DNA of 64,000 nucleotides from Alphaproteobacteria bacterium (GTDB lineage Bacteria; Pseudomonadota; Alphaproteobacteria; Rs-D84): NCBI GenBank assembly GCA_017463185.1, contig JAFTPS010000013.1, positions 3,826 to 67,825 of the forward strand, read 5' to 3'. Shown piece by piece: positions 58,601 to 64,000 of this stretch (position 1 is its first letter; each line of letters starts with the position of its first letter). The notes under the pieces were generated by a model. It saw only the letters and a program-made list of their open reading frames with translations, ran no database searches and was not told where the DNA came from. The position numbers and the translations under genes were made by a program.

Positions 58601-58710
58601 CACCAGAAAAGTTCCATGCCGGAACTAAAGTTGTCAAGGCAATGACCCAGATGGCAGAATCCAAGAAACAAACAAAGGATACCATCACCCCCGACAACCA
58701 ATACGAATAA
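55675..58710 (+). CDS. SF2 helicase (ResIII / DEAH-type) fused to seven tandem ~70-aa HTH-like repeats.
   Basis: Motif I LPTGFGKTV, motif II FADEAHHAT, motif III TATPS, motif VI QAAGRAIR. From residue ~470 onward 7 repeats of WLTAxEL..YF.G...KIL.KL.ELA.KMPDKIQ.RQSGS.TPLCLHISAIDEF..LSGLE+R. Confidence 0.7.
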   Translation: MKADAHKQVQYLRNGLEQFLADEDKHIANGAPRLRGEQYFALGALTKLSDTQIAASYYKLPTGFGKTVMFSYMAQAYLPQARANGDTKKLVILVPRLNLINQTSDKLDSFAGFSASEFSGRTKDTDADIVISTYRSLDKLVETIGIENIGLIFADEAHHATGDKISQNMIDLIKSVPTIGFTATPSYDTDKSVGNVMGTEIFAMTIADGVRSGMLSPVKNTLYCSSIVYDLENAPATNTGEYDYNSITGQIDTDTLTSEIADIYINGVDEDTGRRFIDCKAMINCPNIEMAKRQADAINQRAGRIIARAFSSDMKDFEIEKAKFIAGEYQVACQVNTMTEGFDDPTVSLCINYPTRSAVRAEQAAGRAIRLNESDPHKIAFVIDTIFRKHDSETSDTALQTARHAKQVLFKDIAGGMVLFPENFKDVITHGKHRPHTRGNHETVKPYEIITSTETLLDLNRVDTERAKEEEIPEKTDEWLTATELMKYILGGKNKILQKLIALTKEMPGKIETRQSGSNTPLCLHISAIEEFSQLSGLKRVGSIQPKSKDWLTADELRKYFVGQSEKILAKLRELAEKMPDKIQQRKSGGATPLCLHISGIEEFRLLSGLERRTEIQPKTKDWLNSKEASQYFKAQQMTVLQKMNELAEKMPDKIQKRQSGSLTPLCVHIGAIDDLAKYSELERKGKFPAKTNDWLTANELHMHIRAKADKILEKLKEFANMMPDKIQQREISNGQSPLCLHISGLDKFIQLSGLEKRTTISKKTTEWLTADELTNHFIGGAGKILGKLRELAAKMTNEIQIMQSGSRRVLCLHISALDKFAQLSKLERQIKLQAKTNDWLNATELAKYFIGGRDKILKKLDELKTMMPDKIQKKQNGSHTPLCLHIDALDEFARLSELEKRVPQKTSEWLTAKELTQYFVCTQPAIAEKLVALAKKMPGKIEKVQSGSKTTLCLHRDALDEFAQLSGLKRRTEVTPEKFHAGTKVVKAMTQMAESKKQTKDTITPDNQYE

Positions 58711-58713
58711 AAC

Positions 58714-58738
58714 ACCGCCCCACCGGGCGGTATTATTC
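58714..58738. terminator. Bidirectional terminator (ACCGCCCCACCGGGCGGT).
   Basis: GC hairpin between convergent genes. Confidence 0.5.
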
Positions 58739-58751
58739 AATTCATAAAGAT

Positions 58752-59003
58752 TTATTTACCTGTCTTTTTGCAGATATACAGCAAATGCGAACTAAATCCC
58801 TGTTGGTCCAGACGTTCACAAGTCGCAAAATGCCATTCCACAAATGCCTGATATTCTTTTTTTGACATTGCCGCAATATCATGGCGCAATCTGGGTGCAA
58901 GTCCATCGGTCGCAACATTGGCAATAAATTTTGTTGGTGTTTTATCGGCCAGTTCTCGTAGTTTCTCAAATATGCTTATTGAGCCACCTCCTAACAACGA
59001 CAC
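58752..59003 (-). CDS. Small hypothetical protein (83 aa). Weak similarity to the helicase repeat unit (EKLRELADKTP).
   Basis: Intact ORF convergent with the helicase gene. Low confidence that it is expressed. Confidence 0.25.
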   Translation of the reverse strand: MSLLGGGSISIFEKLRELADKTPTKFIANVATDGLAPRLRHDIAAMSKKEYQAFVEWHFATCERLDQQGFSSHLLYICKKTGK

Positions 59004-60141
59004 TCGTATTTGAGAAAGGAATCAGTCTAGGTAAAGAATAAACCAGCATCCGCTTAAGTTGATATCTAACAAATCCGCCCCTAGAACGAAAAGCAGCACA
59101 ATATGCTTTTTTATAATAGGGATCAGGAATCATATCTACCTCAGAAATAGCAAAACCACTATCAGCATAAAATTGCCTCAAGTATTTGGTTGGCCCAACG
59201 ATTTGCGGAAATTCCGACCAATGATGAGTTGGCAGCTTCTCCAACGAACAATCAACCAGAATAAAATCGCAGGCCTTTGTTGCACACAATAGATATTGAG
59301 TATCGCTGTTATCCCGATATGGTTTGTTCCTTTTTATCTGAACAACCGTACCACCAGACGGCATAAACAAAGACAAATGCAACGCAGAACCAGCTATACC
59401 AGCCAAACACTTACAATGTCGCATATACGCAACCTGTTCGTCAAAGGACAAGCACTCCGGATAAATAACAGCAAAACCATTAGAGGCAAATATTTGCTGA
59501 ATCTGTTCTTCGCCATATGTGGCCCTGTCTCCTAATTTTAACCTAGAAACATATACCTTGTCATGCCTAATATCAGATGTGATTGCGCTGGCAGCAACAT
59601 CAAATATCTTTCCAAATGACTTGGACGAAGTATTTGGTATCTCAAATGCCACCTCTGGGACATACAATTTGCGAATGCCAACCGATGATGACACAACAAT
59701 AACATCATTCCGATCAATCCCCAACAACGCAAACAACTGATAGACAAAGTCAGATACACCAGGTAAATTACGATTGTTGACAAGAATATATTTCTTTCCC
59801 TGATAACGTTGCCTTAGTAAAGCATATAACCTGGTTGTGTGCTCTAACAGGAAATGTCCAAAATGATCCTCCAGAGTTCCTAAATACACCGCCTCAACAT
59901 CCAAATAATCATTAGCAGTCATAAAGACAGGAGGCGTTTGAATAACCTTATTCCGCTTTTGCCCAGAGCTGGGAACAAACATACCGGCAGAATCAAAAAC
60001 ACCAAACTTATGGTCCGGATCAATTACAATGGTGCAATCAGACAAACTATGAACATTTAATTCATCCAAAAAATGAACTTTTTCAACAGACCTGTTGAAA
60101 AATTTTCTATAACCGTCTGATGCATAAATTACGCTTTTCAT
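58966..60141 (-). CDS. Glycosyltransferase family 61 (DUF563).
   Basis: EDHFGHFLLEHTTRLYAL signature of GT61/DUF563 proteins. 391 aa. Confidence 0.6.
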   Translation of the reverse strand: MKSVIYASDGYRKFFNRSVEKVHFLDELNVHSLSDCTIVIDPDHKFGVFDSAGMFVPSSGQKRNKVIQTPPVFMTANDYLDVEAVYLGTLEDHFGHFLLEHTTRLYALLRQRYQGKKYILVNNRNLPGVSDFVYQLFALLGIDRNDVIVVSSSVGIRKLYVPEVAFEIPNTSSKSFGKIFDVAASAITSDIRHDKVYVSRLKLGDRATYGEEQIQQIFASNGFAVIYPECLSFDEQVAYMRHCKCLAGIAGSALHLSLFMPSGGTVVQIKRNKPYRDNSDTQYLLCATKACDFILVDCSLEKLPTHHWSEFPQIVGPTKYLRQFYADSGFAISEVDMIPDPYYKKAYCAAFRSRGGFVRYQLKRMLVYSLPRLIPFSNTSVVVRRWLNKHI

Positions 60142-61232
60142 ATAACAGACCTATACACACCAATGATTGTATTAACCGCTTTATCCAGATCATATCTATT
60201 ACCAACAGATTTCTGAATATTGGCCGCAAAAGCTTTCTGCAACTCCTTAGATGACAATAGCTTCACTATGGCCCTGGCAAGTTTATCAGTCGAACCACTC
60301 TGAACCAAGATACCCGTGTCTCGACGTACCAACTCTCTTATACCGCCAACGTTTGTGGCCACAATAGGCTTTCCAATCATACCAAGCTCAATAAGAGCGG
60401 TCGGAATACTCTCAAACAATGACGGCTGCACAAAAATATCATGTCTGCCCGCAATGGAACCAGCACCATCCCGAGGATCATATGTTCCAGCAAAAATAAC
60501 ACTATGTTGCAAGCCCAAAGCAGATGCCAAACGTTCAAAATAGGACTTTACACGACCATCACCATACAAATACAACTTTGCTGCCGGAATCGTTGCAACA
60601 ACCATCTTCCATGCAACAAGCAAAACACCAATTCCCTTTTCAGGCGACATTCTTGCTATACAACCAACTGAATAGGGTATTCTGGTCGCTTTCTTATAAA
60701 CAGGAGGTTGAATAAAATGCGGAACAATTTTGACAGGCCCAGAATAACCATGAAAGTCCTTTATACCCTTAGCAGATGTCTTGCACGTAGCAACAAAATA
60801 ACTTACATTAGATAGCAGTTTCTTGAAATCATCCGTATACCAAAATGCAGAATCAGCACATGGTGTGGTATGCTCAGTAGCAACAATTGGAACCTTTGGT
60901 GCTTTTTTATGAGCCAAGAAAGCTTTTAGTAAATTGGCTGCAGGACTGGCATGTATAACATCTGGCGACCACGAAACAAACTCATCAATAAAAGAATCTA
61001 CAAATTCATAATCTACACTACGATCGTCCCTGTCTATGCGATTTCGTGCCGGTTCATATGTCTTTATTCCACAATCAGCCAACCTATCAATCCAGTAAGA
61101 GTTCTGAGTTTTTTCACAAATAAACACCCGAACATCAATGCCACGCTTTTTCAACTCCATCGCCAAAGTGGCATTATAGTATTCAGTGCCACCAAACGAA
61201 TGTAAATAATCACAAAAAATCGCAACCTTCAT
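60138..61232 (-). CDS. Glycosyltransferase family 4.
   Basis: MKVAIFCDY... N-terminal Rossmann domain. C-terminal PSLFESIPTALIELGMIGKPIVATNVGGIRELV (GT4 E-x7-E region). 4-nt overlap with the GT61 gene. Confidence 0.7.
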   Translation of the reverse strand: MKVAIFCDYLHSFGGTEYYNATLAMELKKRGIDVRVFICEKTQNSYWIDRLADCGIKTYEPARNRIDRDDRSVDYEFVDSFIDEFVSWSPDVIHASPAANLLKAFLAHKKAPKVPIVATEHTTPCADSAFWYTDDFKKLLSNVSYFVATCKTSAKGIKDFHGYSGPVKIVPHFIQPPVYKKATRIPYSVGCIARMSPEKGIGVLLVAWKMVVATIPAAKLYLYGDGRVKSYFERLASALGLQHSVIFAGTYDPRDGAGSIAGRHDIFVQPSLFESIPTALIELGMIGKPIVATNVGGIRELVRRDTGILVQSGSTDKLARAIVKLLSSKELQKAFAANIQKSVGNRYDLDKAVNTIIGVYRSVI

Positions 61233-61344
61233 TATTTTGCCCCTAGCTAGCAATACAATTTTAATAAGAAAAATTCCCACTTGCAATTATTTATACAAAA
61301 AATTGACAAATAAAAAATTGTTGCTATTCTAAAAAGAAACGCAA

Positions 61345-61845
61345 ATGTCAGAAAAGACACTTTTTTTATTAAAACCTGATGCTCTACAGTTGAGCCTTAG
61401 GACCTTGCTCGCTAAAATAGAATTCTACAAACAACTCAAAGCCAACGACCTATCGGTATTGGCAACTGCCAAGTTTGTAATGACTTATGATATGTTAATA
61501 GGATACCAACCTGTCCTGGACCCAAATTTCAAAAGCGAAATGACCACAGATTGGAAAGATATGACCCTAGACTACCAACTGGGAAAAGACCGCCAGGGCC
61601 TAGAACATCTACTGGTCGTTGTTGAGGGATATGATGCGCTGGCAAAGGGACCAACAATCAAAAGACACATTAGAAACAAGTATTGCTCGCCATGGGATAA
61701 ATATGCCCCAGGCAATCTAATACATGCACCAGATGACAATGAAGAATATGAAAAGGCTTTATATTCCTTTGAGTCTGTGCTAAAGTCTAAAAAGGCAATA
61801 ACAGATATGGAAATACTATACAACACAAGGAGAAAAAATGATTAA
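61345..61845 (+). CDS. Nucleoside-diphosphate-kinase-fold protein (divergent).
   Basis: TLFLLKPDA... and NLIHAPDDNEE resemble NDK (FIAIKPDG... NIIHGSDS). 166 aa. Confidence 0.4.
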   Translation: MSEKTLFLLKPDALQLSLRTLLAKIEFYKQLKANDLSVLATAKFVMTYDMLIGYQPVLDPNFKSEMTTDWKDMTLDYQLGKDRQGLEHLLVVVEGYDALAKGPTIKRHIRNKYCSPWDKYAPGNLIHAPDDNEEYEKALYSFESVLKSKKAITDMEILYNTRRKND

Positions 61846-62308
61846 AGAAGTAAGCTATGCAGCATACATCATCCCTGTTCGCATTCAGGACGGCAAAAAA
61901 CAAATTGCTATTTTGGAATACGCACCAGGCGCATATGGAACAATCGGCGGTCGTTTTGATGATGGGGAAACAACTGCAGAGGCAGCATTAAGACGTGAAT
62001 TAAATGAAGAATTGGGCAAATCATCCGAATTCATGGTTGAATTAGCAGAACAAATGGCAGAACCATACAGATTCAAAGTAGCGGAACACAGAGTAGAAAA
62101 GCGTGGTGCATACAATGAAGCCCACATTTTCTTCGTAGCAAAAGTCCCAAGCGATACAGTTCTAGAATTCTGCGAAGTCCGTGAAGACAATGTAAAGGTT
62201 GTATGGTTGGATTCCGAGGCACTGGTTGATGAAAAAGTAATTGGATTCCCAGACCAACGTGAATATTTCGAAAAACACGTTATGCCAGCAATAAGAAAGA
62301 TAGCATAA
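61838..62308 (+). CDS. NUDIX hydrolase.
   Basis: Nudix box GGRFDDGETTAEAALRRELNEELG. Confidence 0.75.
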   Translation: MIKEVSYAAYIIPVRIQDGKKQIAILEYAPGAYGTIGGRFDDGETTAEAALRRELNEELGKSSEFMVELAEQMAEPYRFKVAEHRVEKRGAYNEAHIFFVAKVPSDTVLEFCEVREDNVKVVWLDSEALVDEKVIGFPDQREYFEKHVMPAIRKIA

Positions 62309-62310
62309 GC

Positions 62311-63387
62311 ATGAACATACTGATTCACTATTATCGTTTAGGGCATTACATCGGCGGTGCCGAGGTAGTTGCCCTGAATCAGTGTTCAGAAATCCTAAGA
62401 CAAGGCCATAATGTAACAATCCTAACAGCAGACACTGGCCTCCATTCCAAGATATTTGATGAATTCCTAGAAAACAACCCAGGGATAAAGCTTATTGAAC
62501 TGCCACTTGAACAGATTCACAAGACCGGCGACACCTGGATAGATATCGACCTGGAATCATTACAATTTGGCCGATATGCAGCGGAACACTTTTATAAAGA
62601 CAACACCGAGCAATACGATTTAGTCGTAATACACAACAAAACTGATGCATTATATGTCCCCAGCAGATACAAAACGGTAATCCATCTGCATGGAACACCA
62701 ACAAAATTTGACCATCTTATGGAACTTGCACTATACAACGCATCTGGATTACTGGCAGTTTCTGAAAGTGTAAAAGATGGATGGCAACAAAACATAAAGT
62801 CTATCCGAAAAGAGATATCAGTTATCCACAACGGCATAGACACAAGCATATTTAAGAACACCAACCAAAACAGAGATATTGACGTATTATTTGTCGGACG
62901 ACTGTACCCCCACAAAGGAATTCTAGAACTATTACAAGCCACGAAACAACTGAACCTAAAACTGGTTGTTGTTGGGGCCGGACCTCTGGAAGAAGAACTG
63001 GCAAAGCACGATCACGTAACGCATCTAAAAAATTTAGAAACAGAGAAACTAGTAGAGATTTACAACAGAGCAAAGATTTTTGCTTGCCCATCTAGTGCCA
63101 AAGAGGGAGTTCTGACAACAATGCTTGAGGCAGCAATTTGCGGCTGTGCAATAATTACAGCTGATTGCGCTGGTATGGTGGACTTTGCCAAACATATGGA
63201 TAACACCTTACTGGTCCCACCATCTGACCCAAGTTCATTGGCACAAGCAATATCATTACTGATAACCAACGAGGAATTAAGAAAAAAATTGGCAAAAAAG
63301 GCACAAAACGATGCAACCAGCCAATGGAACATCGAGAACCAGACAAACAAACTGTTGGCTTTTTACAAAGAAATATCATGCAAATAA
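62311..63387 (+). CDS. Glycosyltransferase family 4.
   Basis: PSSAKEGVLTTMLEAAICGCAIITADCAGMVDF (E-x7-E). 358 aa. Confidence 0.7.
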   Translation: MNILIHYYRLGHYIGGAEVVALNQCSEILRQGHNVTILTADTGLHSKIFDEFLENNPGIKLIELPLEQIHKTGDTWIDIDLESLQFGRYAAEHFYKDNTEQYDLVVIHNKTDALYVPSRYKTVIHLHGTPTKFDHLMELALYNASGLLAVSESVKDGWQQNIKSIRKEISVIHNGIDTSIFKNTNQNRDIDVLFVGRLYPHKGILELLQATKQLNLKLVVVGAGPLEEELAKHDHVTHLKNLETEKLVEIYNRAKIFACPSSAKEGVLTTMLEAAICGCAIITADCAGMVDFAKHMDNTLLVPPSDPSSLAQAISLLITNEELRKKLAKKAQNDATSQWNIENQTNKLLAFYKEISCK

Positions 63388-64000
63388 AAGTCCAATCTCT
63401 TAAACAATCAATCATCTGTGAGTTACCAAACGAGCTATTTGAACAATGGCACGATTACTATTTCTGGGCAGAATACATACCGGCAGTAAGCATTACTGAA
63501 ACAAAAAGCAAACAAGAACTGATTATTGCCACTGGTAAAAAATTCAAATGGATAGATAATACAATCACTATTACCGGCTCAGAACAAGATATCAGATCAA
63601 CAATTGTGATTATTGGAACGCTACTGGAACAAAAAAGACAAGAAAGCAGACTATATCAAATACACGGTGCAGCAATAGGATATGGCACAAAAGGCATCTT
63701 GCTAATTGGCGGGATGTCCGGACTCGGCAAAACAACTCTTGCCATTGCCCTGCAAAACTCACCCAAATACCAATTTCTGGCCGATGAGAAATTTATCATA
63801 GATGGCAAAAAACATACAATTGTTGCCGGGTGTCCTATATCCAAGGACAACCTTAAAACTGATAAGGCCAGCATTCACCACCGGACGACCAAAAAAGCAG
63901 CAAAAATATCGCTTATTCTGTTTCCCATTATCACAACCGAACCAGAAATAACCGCACACAAATACGACACACTAAAATTATTCTGGCACCTATACGAAGA
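63378..64000 (+). CDS. HPr-kinase C-terminal-domain-like P-loop protein (HprK-related kinase). 3'-partial at the window edge.
   Basis: IHGAAIGYGTKGILLIGGMSGLGKTTLAIALQNSPKYQFLADEKFII parallels the HprK C-domain [40 protein letters not shown]. The frame is open to base 64000. Confidence 0.5.
   Translation, partial: MQIKVQSLKQSIICELPNELFEQWHDYYFWAEYIPAVSITETKSKQELIIATGKKFKWIDNTITITGSEQDIRSTIVIIGTLLEQKRQESRLYQIHGAAIGYGTKGILLIGGMSGLGKTTLAIALQNSPKYQFLADEKFIIDGKKHTIVAGCPISKDNLKTDKASIHHRTTKKAAKISLILFPIITTEPEITAHKYDTLKLFWHLYE

Noticed and set aside
57000-58700. Regular ~210-nt DNA periodicity that could be mistaken for a CRISPR- or satellite-like array
   Set aside because: The repeats are in-frame coding repeats of the helicase C-terminal domain (about 70 aa each). 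They are not short direct repeats with unique spacers. No CRISPR array is present in the window.

Overview
This is a low-GC bacterial chromosome segment, probably from an intracellular or symbiont-like alphaproteobacterium. That guess rests on protein sequence style, ankyrin and cysteine-rich secreted proteins, and an orphan VirB2-like pilin; it is not proven.

Conserved backbone:
- rbfA, lepA and acpP-fabF.
- The complete str/S10/spc ribosomal-protein cluster in canonical order, from rpsL through secY, rpsM and rpsK.
- tRNA-Pro and tRNA-Gln.

The ribosomal operon stops abruptly after rpsK. No rpoA-rplQ follows it, and no adk lies between secY and rpsM. In their place is a roughly 14 kb block (32.6-47.7 kb) encoding an unusual set of secreted and surface proteins:
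- Three convergent cysteine-rich proteins with C-x2-G-Y/F-x6-C repeats, one carrying a C-terminal OmpA anchor.
- A PT-repeat membrane protein.
- A 1242-aa protein combining an ankyrin repeat, a subtilase-like domain and a beta-barrel-like tail.
- A protein of about 13 tandem 28-residue repeats.
- A choloylglycine hydrolase.

The block ends at tRNA-Gln. Beyond tRNA-Gln lies an AlpA-marked accessory region containing:
- Two tandem small paralogs with a PARP/KptA/DarT-like H-G-S ADP-ribosyltransferase-fold signature.
- A GNAT / kinase-like / MFS operon.
- A 1011-aa SF2 helicase fused to seven tandem ~70-aa HTH-like repeats.
- An AT-rich glycosylation cluster (GT61, two GT4, NDK-like, NUDIX, HprK-like kinase).

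Smaller repeat and structure signals:
- A dispersed GTGGTTAGTG repeat family. One inverted pair brackets a four-helix-bundle (23S-IVS-type) gene.
- A 58-bp direct repeat next to tRNA-Pro.
- A shared perfect palindrome, CTCCTGACC-N3-GGTCAGGAG, upstream of two secreted-protein loci.
- A GC-rich structured non-coding segment upstream of the pilin gene.
- A highly stereotyped family of AAAATCCCNCC-loop-GGNGGGATTTTT terminators.

All calls rest on reading the six-frame translations and the DNA by eye; no searches were run.
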